A DNA stretch of 63,485 nt, filler included, from Octopus bimaculoides (GCF_001194135.2; 4 parts of 4 records of this genome joined end to end with filler, not necessarily neighbours in it), one strand, 5' to 3'; shown: positions 1 to 12,577, counted from the whole stretch's first letter. Notes: generated from the letters alone by a model not told the origin. Made by a program: numbers and translations.

Positions 1-43
1 AATTTGGAAAGGGAATGAAAAATAAAAACATTTACCGATCTAT

Positions 44-125
44 ATTCTGTACCATGGTTTCAAGTCAATTTTAGTAAGATAAAAATTATATATCTCACAA
101 AAGGTCGGACTATCCTCAGCAGAAT
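44..125 (-). ncRNA. Type I hammerhead ribozyme candidate
   Basis: Minus strand reads ATTCTG-CTGAGGA-t AGTC...GACT t-GAA-ACCATGGT-A-CAGAAT. It has a perfect 6-bp helix I, an intact core, a palindromic helix III and a GUA site. Confidence 0.75.
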
Positions 126-147
126 GACCAGACAACATTCGAGATAT

Positions 148-395
148 GAGTCAAATAGCATGGTTCATATTCGAATATCTAATTTTCCAAATTTACCGCG
201 TATTTGCGGTTTACCTAATTCGGCAGTAAATACACAAATGCCGATTATTAAATCAGAAATTAACCAAAAAAAATTTTTTATCATTTTCTTTGCTACCCTG
301 TATTTTATTAATAATGATAAAAAATTAGGTAAACCGCAAATATGCGGTAAATTTGGAAAATTAGATATTCGAATATGAACCATGCTATTTGACTC
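148..395. repeat. Inverted repeat, 73-bp arms (148-220 / 323-395)
   Basis: Arms are reverse complements with one mismatch and a 102-bp spacer. Confidence 0.95.
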
Positions 396-676
396 ACCAC
401 CACGCACACACTAGCACTGACCAGCTCCTTTCTCCCTCCCCTTTTTTTCACACCTACATACACACATACATACGTTAAAATCACCAGCATTCTCTCTCAC
501 TCACACACACACACAACTTCTCGTATTTGGGCCATCGCTGCTTTCCCCTTTTGTTATCTCCCCTTTTTCTTAGCTCTCGTGTGTGAACTTTCTGTCCGGC
601 AGTCGCCATGATAGATCGCTGATCACAACGTTCAAATTTTTTTCTCCGTATTTTTCTCCTTGTCTTCTCCTTATTG

Positions 677-709
677 TTTCTGTTGAAGAGCGTAGCTGGA
701 AACGTTAAA
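677..709 (+). ncRNA. Hammerhead-like motif with variant core (CUGUUGA)
   Basis: ttt-CTGTTGA-A-GAGC gta GCTG-GAA-ACGT-T-aaa. Core A6 is replaced by U. Confidence 0.3.
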
Positions 710-1015
710 GACTTTCTCTATTCCCGAGCGTCAAACTAATACATCCTTTTGTTGTTTACACCACCTGCTCGCGTCTGTTGTTGTTGTTTTCGTAAATTCT
801 CCCATATATATATGTGTGTGTATATATGGCTGTGTAGTAAGAAGGTTACTTTCCATTGTCACTGGTGAATGTCCTCTGGTGGTCAAATATAGTTTCACCC
901 ATCAGACGAATTTCGCTAACAATGGAACCGTTTGTGCTGACAGACCAGAAGCATACGTCAAAATAAAGCAATTTGCTAAATCTGGTCCCACCTTATTTAT
1001 CAATACTGTTTAGTT

Positions 1016-1400
1016 CTTCCATCTTCTATCTTCCTCCTCCTCCTCTTCCTTCTTCCTCTTTTTCTTGGTCCCCTTCTTTTTCTTTTCCCTCTTCTTCTGC
1101 ACGTTTTTCCTCCTTCTCCCCCTCCCCTTCTTCTTCTTCTTCTTCTTCTTCTTCTTCTTCTCCTCCTCTTCATCCTTCTTATTCCTCGTCTTCTTCTTCT
1201 GCCTCTCCTTTTTCTTCTTCACCCTATACTTATTCACTTTCGTCTTCCTCTGTTCACTTTTCTCCTTCTCCCTGTCCTCTCCTTTTTCTTCTCTTTCTTC
1301 TTGACCCTCTTCTTCTCCCTCTACTTCTTCATTTTCGTCTTCTGCTCGTTTTTCCCATTCTTCATGTCCTTCTTCTCCGCCTCCACTTCCTCCTCCTTTT
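1016..1400. repeat. (TCT/TCC)n low-complexity tract
   Basis: Degenerate trinucleotide repeat seen directly. Confidence 0.9.
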
Positions 1401-1705
1401 TTTGTCATCTTATCCCGCCTTTTGCTTCTCCACCCCTACAAAATCTTTACCCGACTTATTCATCCCACAACCACACTTTTATGTTTTTTCATCCTGATAT
1501 AAGCCAAAAAAATAAGCTCAGGGAGACACACAATGTGACATCACACCTTTGATGCTAGCCTGATGTAGTGCCTCTCTAAAGTCTAAAACCGCAAACATTA
1601 CGTAAATGGTCTTTTAGAACGTTTGTGTAAATAGGCGTTGCAAATAGAGTTGGTACAGAAACAATTGTAACGAATCATTAAAGATGCTTTAAAGAATTTT
1701 CTGTC

Positions 1706-1728
1706 TTCTTATATATATATATACATAC

Positions 1729-1767
<39 letters not shown>

Positions 1768-1786
1768 CACACATACATACATATAC

Positions 1787-1863
<77 letters not shown>

Positions 1864-1995
1864 TATGTATATGTATGTATGTATATATATATATGCATGT
1901 ATATATATATATGTATATATATGTATCTATGTATATGCATATAAACAAATATACACATGTATATATGTGTATATATATAAGTATATATATATATG
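1706..1995. repeat. (TA)n/(CA)n compound microsatellite
   Basis: Seen directly; one of many such tracts in the window. Confidence 0.95.
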
Positions 1996-2127
1996 TTGTT
2001 GTACTTGGGGATGGTCATATTGCCAGTTTAGCCAATAAAAACCCACGCACTGTATATTTGGTGTTAATTTTTTTTTTTTTTCAGCTTTATATTACATTAA
2101 TCTTAATCTTAATCTTAATCTTATTTC

Positions 2128-2171
2128 GGCCAGAGTTCTTTCGTCACACTTCTGTGACCTCATCAGTGGTC
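2128..2171 (-). ncRNA. Compact type I hammerhead ribozyme candidate
   Basis: Minus strand reads GACCA-CTGATGA-g-GTCACA gaag TGTGAC-GAA-AGaaCT-C-TGGCC. Confidence 0.6.
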
Positions 2172-4894
2172 CTTTGTTTCCTTCTTTCTTATGTGTGTCT
2201 CACCTTGCTAACTAACAGCCATTTTGTATTTTGTATTCCTATTGTATGTGTCTACGCATGCGTGTCCTTCAATGTGTCTGTGTCTTTTGTAAGTGCATGT
2301 GTGTATGGGGAGTGTCTGTATCACCTATATTCTCTGTTAATACGTGTTCATATGTATTAGTTTTTATTTATTTATATGTTCATGTGTGTGTGTGTGTGTG
2401 TGTGGTTTTNNNNNNNNNNNNNNNNNNNNNNNNNNNNNNNNNNNNNNNNNNNNNNNNNNNNNNNNNNNNNNNNNNNNNNNNNNNNNNNNNNNNNNNNNNN
2501 NNNNNNNNNNNNNNNNNNNNNNNNNNNNNNNNNNNNNNNNNNNNNNNNNNNNNNNNNNNNNNNNNNNNNNNNNNNNNNNNNNNNNNNNNNNNNNNNNNNN
2601 NNNNNNNNNNNNNNNNNNNNNNNNNNNNNNNNNNNNNNNNNNNNNNNNNNNNNNNNNNNNNNNNNNNNNNNNNNNNNNNNNNNNNNNNNNNNNNNNNNNN
2701 NNNNNNNNNNNNNNNNNNNNNNNNNNNNNNNNNNNNNNNNNNNNNNNNNNNNNNNNNNNNNNNNNNNNNNNNNNNNNNNNNNNNNNNNNNNNNNNNNNNN
2801 NNNNNNNNNNNNNNNNNNNNNNNNNNNNNNNNNNNNNNNNNNNNNNNNNNNNNNNNNNNNNNNNNNNNNNNNNNNNNNNNNNNNNNNNNNNNNNNNNNNN
2901 NNNNNNNNNNNNNNNNNNNNNNNNNNNNNNNNNNNNNNNNNNNNNNNNNNNNNNNNNNNNNNNNNNNNNNNNNNNNNNNNNNNNNNNNNNNNNNNNNNNN
3001 NNNNNNNNNNNNNNNNNNNNNNNNNNNNNNNNNNNNNNNNNNNNNNNNNNNNNNNNNNNNNNNNNNNNNNNNNNNNNNNNNNNNNNNNNNNNNNNNNNNN
3101 NNNNNNNNNNNNNNNNNNNNNNNNNNNNNNNNNNNNNNNNNNNNNNNNNNNNNNNNNNNNNNNNNNNNNNNNNNNNNNNNNNNNNNNNNNNNNNNNNNNN
3201 NNNNNNNNNNNNNNNNNNNNNNNNNNNNNNNNNNNNNNNNNNNNNNNNNNNNNNNNNNNNNNNNNNNNNNNNNNNNNNNNNNNNNNNNNNNNNNNNNNNN
3301 NNNNNNNNNNNNNNNNNNNNNNNNNNNNNNNNNNNNNNNNNNNNNNNNNNNNNNNNNNNNNNNNNNNNNNNNNNNNNNNNATATATATATATATATATAC
3401 ATGTACATATATAAAAATACATACGTACATATATACACACGTACACGTATGCTCGCACAACCAGAATGGGCAACTTCAATTTCTGATATGCTGATGAGAT
3501 AAACTTGAAAATATTCAGGTGTATTATCATTATAATTTACAACGTAGTTATCGATTTAATTGAATGAATCATCTTTCACAAACATTAATCAGAGACTGAG
3601 ATTGAAAGATAATTTGAAGACGATGTGTTTAAGATATAACTTCTCTCCTTATTACGCCATGTTGCTAATGAATCATTCAGCTATAACGAATAGCTTTTAA
3701 GCGTTTTTAATTGATATTGTTATCAAGCAAGAAAATATGATAAAGTGTGCTTTAATAAATGGCGCCATTAATAATGATTTTCACTATTTTCCTTGTCTTT
3801 ATCGATCGTTTATTTTCATATTCGCATGTTCGTTTCTATCATGTTTGCAATTATGGAAGTCTGTTTTAAACGAGCGTAGGCAGTTTTGTTACGCATTTCT
3901 ACAAATACGAGCGAATTTAATTTATTTAGTTTTTTTTAACAAGAACGCTGATAGCATACTTCTCCATAATCCAATGCTTTTAATGAATATCGTCATAATC
4001 TTACATTCGTAAACAGCCTCATAACAGGACTTCGGTTATAGAATAATCTAAAGCTAAACAAACCACGGTTGTCCTATATATAATCTCTGACATTCTCATG
4101 CTGTCACCTTAAAGGTAATCTAGTTCTTTTTGTATATATGCATACGCGCAAGCAGAATTATTCAGAAAAGGAGGGATGCAAATGTACTTGTAGAGCATGA
4201 TCTTCAAACGTACTGTGAGATAAAAAGAACTTGGATTTATGCAGTATTTCTATCGACTCTGACTGGAGTTTTTCTCTTTTTTTATGGAAGGGTTGACTCA
4301 AATTGCCATCATTTAAGGTTGCTAAAACTGGTGAAGATGTCAGAGGGTAGTATAACTGTATGAATAATAACTGTATCAAAAAAGTTATGGCTGTAATAGA
4401 CCAGTAATTGTCATGTGACACCGTGGATACTAACTGTGTATTATGCTTGCATATCAGGTTACGTGACAGTATAAATGATAATTGCATGCTAAGTCCATCA
4501 AAATAATACAAACGCTCTTTTTCTTTCAGGTCTTATGTTGTTGTATGCTATTTGATGATTGTACTTATCTATATTGTTCAAATACATACCATAGGCCACT
4601 CTGAATTATTTCTCTATTATCATTTTCAATCAAGCAAATTACCTAGGCCATAAATGTGTTCTACGCCTTTGTGCATAAGTCAAGTTCTCTTGGTTACTAG
4701 ATATAAGGTCGAATAATTATTATGTTAATAATGGTTTTTGAGCCAAAATTTGATGTTCACGATTGTCCTCTAAACTGCAGAAGAAAATACGTCTTTTTTT
4801 TTTTTTTTTTTTTTTTTTTNNNNNNNNNNATATCCTCGGGCAGACCAAAGTCTTGTGAGCAGATTTGGTAGACGGAAACTGAAAGAAGACCGTC

Positions 4895-4977
<83 letters not shown>

Positions 4978-4995
4978 TGTGTGTGTGTGTGTAGT

Positions 4996-5295
4996 GGAGG
5001 CGCGTGGCTTAGTGGTTAGAGTGCCAGCACCATGATCGTAAGATTATGGATTCGATTCCTGGACCGGGCGACGCGTTGTGTTCTTGAGCAAAACACTTCA
5101 TTCCACGTTGCTCCAGTCCACTCAGCTGGCAAAAATGAGTAACGCTGCGATGGACTGGCCTCCCGTCCAGCTGGGGAATACATACGACATTGTACTAGGC
5201 TTACAAAGAATAAGTCCTGGATAGATTCACTCGACTAAAGGCGGTGCTCCAGCAAGGCCGCAGTCAAATGACAAACAAATAAAGAGAATAAAAAA
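4996..5295 (+). mobile_element. tRNA-derived SINE
   Basis: A-box tggcttagtgg, B-box-like gattcgattcc, gtgttcttgagcaa core, and a tail shared with 28656-29078. Confidence 0.85.
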
Positions 5296-5319
5296 GAAGA
5301 GAGAATATATATATACAAT

Positions 5320-5533
5320 ATTATTTTCTACTCTAGGCACAAGGCCCGAAATTTTGGGTGGGGGAGAGCACCTGTCGATTAGATCGACCCCAGTACGCAA
5401 CTGGTACTCAATTTATCGACCCCGAAATGATGAAAGGCAAAGTCGAGTTCGGCGGAATTTGAACGTAAAGACAGACGAAATATCGCTAAGCATTTCGCCC
5501 AGCATGGTAACGATTCTGCCAGCTCACCGCCTT
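5320..5533 (-). mobile_element. SINE with Nin-like central domain
   Basis: The minus strand has gcctttcatc..cggggtcgataaa..gagtacca. Homologous copies lie at 30965-31135, 32121-32335 and 47395-47605. Confidence 0.75.
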
Positions 5534-6591
5534 TAAATGCATATAATATTGAAACATGCAGAGTACATATACGCGTGTATAATTACCAATGCATATATGC
5601 AGTAAAAGTCAAACAACTAGAACCCACACAACACCATCAATAATAAAAAGCGTGAAATGATTTTGCTTGGAAGGCAAAAATAAAACGAAGGTGAGATGTA
5701 TACTCAAGGTTTGAATGCATCGAACATAATTTGAACGAAAGTCCTAGAGTAAATACACCACCTGACATGTGGCCAATCGAATGGTAAGACAAGTTAGACT
5801 ACAGGATCACAGCTAAAGTTCGCGTTGAGTCTTGATTTCCAGATGCTGAGTTCATGGTCTGTTCCGATTAAGGACATTGCACGGCAGATATTGGATGCAA
5901 TACAATATATTAGGGTGGAGCGAGTGCGGGCAAAAAAAGTGAAATAGATTTACCAAATACTTACTGCCTAATTGATAAGTTGTTTTGGTAAAGAGTGGAT
6001 AACATGACATCGAGGATACAAGATCGTAGGCGATCTAGGAGAGACTTGGTTAAGGGCGAGAGAAAAATCAGTATAGGATCCACAGATTTTTATCGCCTTT
6101 CGATGGAGGAACGAAAATTATTGTACAAAAAAAATAATAGCGTGCAGAATTAAATAAGTAATTAGTTATTGTAAGGTAGAATGTTCTGAAACAGTCAGAA
6201 AAATTTAAGCTATGAATAGTGGATATGTGATTCAGGTGCTTTGCAGGAAACCAAAGTCCACAATCGATTTGCATCGCTTGAAAATAAAATCGCTTGAAAA
6301 TAAGAAGTGATGTATTTGCTTCTATTTGAAATCACAGTCATAGTCTTTGCTAAAGAGATCGCATAGTCACCGAACTTAAAAGAGGAATAAAAGCCTAAAA
6401 CCAATTTCACAGAAGACTATCTACACACAACGGAGAAAATGGAAACATTTTTCCACTATCAAATTTCGGATAAATAGAGTCATACTACATCATCATATAG
6501 ATATATGTGTGCCACTGTGTTGTATGTACGTTCATAGATACTGTGTATGGGTGTATGTGTATGGATATGTATATGTTTGTGTATACACGTA

Positions 6592-6645
<54 letters not shown>

Positions 6646-7140
6646 GAGAGAGGGGGGGGGGGGAGATATGTAACATATAAACTTTTCTGACACCTTTTTC
6701 ATTCAAATAGTCAAGCTACTGATGTCTACGATCGGCAAATTCTCATTATATTGTACTTGCAGAAATAATTCTAGCGATTACTGAAGAATATGCACTTAAA
6801 ATGCCACACTGCGGAAGATGTGAAAATCCCAAATTCATCGATATAATGCTTTATCAGAACATACTACATGAATATCTGGAGGCCAGTCGAATTAATGACA
6901 TAAAAATATGGTCTCATCCAAATATAAGCTTCAGGGAATATAAAAACGAGAGATGAAATTTACACTTATATGTTGTCAATATGAAATATTTCATTACATC
7001 CTTACCTAGATAATTGTTCTATAGATCTCAAAAGTCTCGTGTATAAACATTACTTACATATGTGTGTGTGCATAGGTATTTATGTGTATGTATGTGTGTG
7101 TGTGTATATATATATATATATGAGTGTGTGTGTGTATGTG

Positions 7141-7181
<41 letters not shown>

Positions 7182-7719
7182 CTNNNNNNNNNNATATATA
7201 TATATATATATATAACAACAGTCAAGCATTAAAATAACGGATCACTCAACACATTTCAACATGAAATAGTTTTCACTTCTAGGAGCAAAACTTTGTCAGT
7301 TACTTCGAAGTTTCAGCTCTATGGCCCTCGTGACTCCGATTAAGGCTGCATATTTAAAACTTCGATGTAACTGCCAACTCACTCACACACACACGCACAC
7401 TGAGTCACACACAAATACACGTATTATTTTTATGTATTTCAGCTTTTACTTTTATATCTTTACAAGTACACCAGTTAATAAATGAATGTTTATGAGTACG
7501 TACGTATGTATGTATGTATGTATGTATGTATGTATGTATGTATGTATGTGTGTATGTATTTATGTATGCATTTATATCATTCAGAAGACGTCACCGCCTA
7601 CTCTCAGTTCAAGTTCAGAGAGTACCGAATCAAAAACAATAATAACAACACAAAATCATCATCGTCCTAATTTTACTTCTGTTGCTGCGAATGAATAAAC
7701 ATATATACATACATACATG

Positions 7720-7760
7720 AACAGACAGACAGAGAGACAGAAAGAAAGATAGGCAAACAT

Positions 7761-7817
<57 letters not shown>

Positions 7818-7856
7818 AAGATAGGCAAACATACAGACATACATACAGACATACAT

Positions 7857-7893
<37 letters not shown>

Positions 7894-8060
7894 AAGATAG
7901 GCAAACATACAGACATACAGACAGACAGACAGAGAGCCAGACAGACAGACAGACAGACAGACAGAAAGATAGGCAAACATACAGACATACAGACAGACAG
8001 ACAGACAGACAGACAGCCAGACAGACAGACAGACAGACAGAAAGATAGGCAAACATACAT

Positions 8061-8093
<33 letters not shown>

Positions 8094-8126
8094 AAGATAG
8101 GCAAACATACAGACATACAGACAGAA

Positions 8127-8161
<35 letters not shown>

Positions 8162-8182
8162 AAGACAGACAGACAGATAGAC

Positions 8183-8212
<30 letters not shown>
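7720..8212. repeat. (AGAC)n array with a recurring GAAAGATAGGCAAACATAC unit, ending in (AGAT)n
   Basis: Six copies of the interrupting unit seen directly. Confidence 0.95.
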
Positions 8213-8213
<1 letters not shown>

Positions 8214-8227
8214 GTACTTGCATGATA

Positions 8228-8683
8228 AGAAGTTTTTTTCTTTTTTCCCAACCACATGGTTTCGGGTTCAGTCTCACTGAGTGACACTTCTGGCAAGTGT
8301 CTTCTACTATTGCCTCAGGCTGACCAAAGCCTTGTGAGTTGGTTCAGTTGACGGAAATTGAAAGAAGCCCGTCGTAGATGCATGTGCGTGTGTGTGTGTG
8401 TGTGTGTGTGTTTTTGTGTGTGTGTATGTATGTATGTGTGTGTGCGTTTGCGTCTGTATGTGTGTGCGTGTATGTCTGTGTATGCGTATGTCTCCCACTG
8501 CCGCTTGACAACCGGTGTTGGTGTGTTTACGTCCCCGTAACTTAGCGGTCCTGCAATAGAGAACGATAGAATAAGTAGTAGACTTAAAAGCAGTAGTACT
8601 GAGGTCGATTCATTCGACCGAAAATTCTCCACGGTAGTGCCCCAGGATTACAGCAGTCTAATGATTGAAAGAAGTAAAAGATA
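8228..8683 (+). mobile_element. SINE (ccaaagccttgtgag..gacggaaa.tgaaagaagcccgtcg family) with internal (TG)n
   Basis: Colinear with 28656-29078. Confidence 0.85.
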
Positions 8684-9394
8684 ACAGATACACAATGAAA
8701 TTAAGTGCCTTGCTACTTGGACATACACATTTCTCTATGTATGTGTGTGTGTATATATGTGTGTGTGTGTGCGTGTGTATGTGTATGTGTGTGTATGAGT
8801 GGATATGTCGATGTGTGTGCGTATATGTGTGTGTGAGTGTGTGCGTGGATGTGTGTATATATGTTTGTGGGGTGAGAAAGAAAGGTATTTTATGTTTATA
8901 TAAGAGAGTGGGTTTAAAATGGGAATATATTGGTCAGCCTATGAACTTTTCTCCTGACCTGCGTAGTCTAATTGTTTCTTGATATTTCGAAATTTTATTA
9001 AATCGCATATTTTTTAATGAATTTACTGCTATTTTTTACTTGTTTTTTTTTGTTTTATTATTGTTTTTGTATCTTTCTAAGTACTTCCGTAGGAGCATTG
9101 TTATTTTTTCTTGGGCTTTAAATTTTGTTATTGCTGTTGAGTCTTAGCTTTTGTTAAGATTATCAAGGGAATTTTCTGATGGACTTCGTCTCACGTGAAA
9201 ACAAATGTCAGTGAATTTTTAAAAGCAAGGAAGCTTTTTAACTTTTATAATAAAACATCGCGTAATAAAATACTTCACAATCAAAAATTCATAGCCACCA
9301 AGAAGCTGGTCTCTTTAACAGTTCAACAACAAAAACAACAACAACAACTGTTGTAATATAAATAATGATGACGATGATAAAAAAAATGCTTTCT

Positions 9395-9775
9395 AATTGA
9401 TGTATCAATACCAACAGATGACAACGTTTCTCTAAAAGAAATGGAAAAACTTTCAAAATACAAAGACCTGGAAATAGAGGTAACTCGAATGTGGAATCTA
9501 AAAACAGAAACAATTCCTATCATAGTAGGTGCCTTAGGTATAATAAAAAAATATTCAGACAAATACATAACAAAAACACCAGGACTTTTACAAATATATA
9601 TGACATACAGAAAATTGCACTACTGGGTACTGCACACATCCTACGCAAAACACTTTCAATACAGTAAACATAAGAGCACCACAGCAAACCACAGCACATA
9701 CCCAAGGCGCACAGAGCTGCGCTCGCTAGTGAAGTGAAAGCACGTTATAAAAATAAAACTACTGAATAGTAATAG
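9395..9775 (+). mobile_element. R4/Dong-like non-LTR retrotransposon 3' fragment (restriction-like endonuclease C-terminus)
   Basis: Translates to EKLSKYKDLEIEVTRMWNLKTETIPIIVGALG..., then QKIALLGTAHILRKTLS after a frameshift; followed by (TAA)n. Confidence 0.8.
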
Positions 9776-9776
9776 T

Positions 9777-9777
9777 T

Positions 9778-9870
<93 letters not shown>
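9777..9870. repeat. (TAA)n microsatellite
   Basis: Seen directly. Confidence 0.95.
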
Positions 9871-9875
<5 letters not shown>

Positions 9876-11951
9876 CCTCTGCTCAATAGTGCAGATTTGC
9901 TTGTCAGTTGCTTGTCAGTTACTTCACATTAACAAGATGAGAATGTTCTTCAGTATTCCCAGACAGAAGATTTCTTGAATTTATTTTGGTTTAACCCAAT
10001 ATTCTGCAAGTGACTATCTACAGCTTTATCTACTTCGAGATTTACCGAGAAAATTAGATATTTATTTACTGTATTCTTTAGATATTTCTGATTGGTGTTG
10101 CTTTTGCTATCATAGCTACCTTTATTCCTTTTACTTCAGCTTGCCATTGAGAATTTGACTTCCTTTGATCTGTGTGCTATTATTTTTCTCTTTTTTTTTT
10201 TATTTTCTGGACGATATTGCAACCCTCCCGGTAGATCGGCTACTTTCAACTATCCGTGGATTTTCATAGCGGCTATCAATCTTTGATCTTAATTCTATCC
10301 CTGCAAGCCTGGGACCCTGAAATTCCCCCATGCTGTCTCTTGGAATATTTCTCCCTGGTTTAGAAACCAGGAGTATACGACAATAAACTTCCGCCTGTTT
10401 TTTGGGGTGGAGAAGGCTGTATTTTCTATAACTTCCTCTTCCGTTGTTTCTATACTTGCCACATTATTCATTAGACTTCTTCAAATATTTCTATCCTATT
10501 AAGCTGTCAGATTTATTGATTCATTTCACTGATTGCTCGCCTCGTGATAACTTTAATGAGTGCTTGACTAAGTGTGCATGAATTTAGTGTTAGAGTGTAA
10601 AGGTCACGCGTTGATTTTAAGGAAACTAATTCAACAAGCAATATTCACAAATAATTAATTGATCATCTTATAACACTGTCAATATCAAAACTATCAGTTT
10701 TAATTTCTTTTTTATACTTTTTGTTTATTTATTTTTTGGTAAACAGTGAGCTGTCTGTATGATGTGTATAAACATTTGTTTTATACGTAGAAACAATAAA
10801 TGATAAGTAGATTGCTGCACCTCGAAGTTATATACCGATACATGGATTATACTGACTAGGGACCTCGTAGTAATACTTTACCAAAACGTGCAGTCCGCTA
10901 AAATTATACGAGGACCAGAGGTTGCTGTCAAGCTAGTAGATGGAGAACATATACCACACAGTTTTATTTCCCTTCGCACCCAAATGCTTACGGGTCCTGT
11001 TCCACTGCGAAACGTTGAGCAAATGCTTTCGACGAAAGTTCTGTGTCAGCCAATGCTCTGTGAGTGAATTTGACAGAGGGAAATTAAATGTGTGTGTATG
11101 TGTGTGTTTATGCCTGTATGTATGCATAGGCACATATATATTCAACACATGCAGACACATACATGCATAAGTGTGTGTGTATTTGTACCTAATTGTGTGC
11201 ATGTATGAATATTTGCGTATGTGTTAGCGTGTCTGATTATCTCTCACTGCTTAACATCGCATGTAATTTGGTTACCATCCCCGTTACTTAGCGGTTAGGC
11301 AAAAAAATTAACAGAATATCAGCCTAAAATAACAAACGTGGACTTGTTATTGACTAAGGATACTTCGAACTTTGAAAGGGGTCTCTTGCACTGCTTATAA
11401 TCCAGTGACTAAGAGCAAAAAATATTAGAAGCGCAAAAGTAAGAGAAAGAAAATAATGTATATCACACTTGGTCTCCGGAGACTTTAAAAGAGCATAACC
11501 GCATTCATTTTCAGCTGAGTGGAACATAAAACATTTATTCAGATATTAAAAAGGAAAACATCTAATAACTTTCGTGTTCAGTGACCGTGCTTTGTCTCTG
11601 TATTCTTGCAACATTAATCCACTATCAAAGAATCAATTGATAATTACATAGTTATTTTATAAAATATAAATTACAAATGAATTAAAGACAATTTGATCAA
11701 ATACATTTCAATCACTTTCTTTTTCATTCAGTGCTTTTTGATTTTGTTTTCTTTTGTTTTGTTTTTTTTTTCAACTATATTTTGGCTTTAAACAATAGAT
11801 AAGTCAAAGATCAAGATACTTATTGTTGGTAGTATTGGAAAATTAACAAAAAATAATAATGTTGTGAGACAGGAAAATAAGATAGCTAGAAAGAGACGCA
11901 TACATCAATATCCCCATACATACATACATTTAATGAATATATACAGGTAGG

Positions 11952-12577
11952 TAGGTGGTCTGATCAATAAGTATCCGGACCGTTTCTATAGTAACGAGGC
12001 TAAAGCACGTAGAGTGAAGTCGCTTGGGACACTAAGTTTTCATGTTCATAATCACTTCCACTGTTTATTGTAGCGCTTGGAAGGCAGACCCGCAATCAGC
12101 AGGACTGAGAAAAATATTGTCGTTGTGTGTGCATCTGTGAGGGGAAATCGTTGAATTAGCATCCGTGAGTTACAAGATAACGTGCAGATGAGTTACGATT
12201 CAGATCAGTCCATTATCACTCAAGATTTGTGTATGTGACGCGTATCTGCTGACCAAAAAGACATTCGGGTTCCAGTTGCTCAAGATCTTCATCGCGTCGA
12301 GAACGAGGAAAACTGTTTGAAAACTTTGCGTAGACGTCTCAGGAGGTATCACCAACCTTTTGGCAAAATTTAATGGAGATTCACTGCTCAACTTTCTCTG
12401 TCATGGCCAATGTGACGATCATACGATACACACCTTCCAATCACTGCTGCAAACAGTGGAAGTGAGCTAGAACGTTAAAACTTAGTGCGCATGCACAACA
12501 GATTTCAAGCTCAATATTGTGTTGCTTTAGCTTTGTTACTCTGGCAACAGTCCGAGATACTTATTGATCAGACAACT

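Larger units (their letters stand above)
1..800. mobile_element. Non-coding repeat, probably PLE terminal-repeat derived; related segments at about 28380-28640
   Basis: Shares gaaagggaatgaaaaataaaa and ctgttgaagagc..gct(c/g)gaaacgt..aaagacttt..cccgagc blocks with 28380-28640, and carries HHR motifs. Confidence 0.5.

Noticed and set aside
973-2018. Poly-S/F/K/E and YI/CV/HT ORFs here and throughout the window
   Set aside because: They are translations of microsatellites, with no domain signal.
2231-3530. Long ORFs spanning N gaps (also near 14.3, 22, 27, 29.5, 43, 48.6 and 62.2 kb)
   Set aside because: They are open only because N codons translate as X.
6775-6845. CTGAAGA...GAAAATC motif
   Set aside because: Only weak AU/GU helices, and it needs a 2-nt insertion before C3; compatible with chance.
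9990-10450. Possible decayed LINE coding sequence on the minus strand
   Set aside because: No diagnostic motif could be read with confidence.
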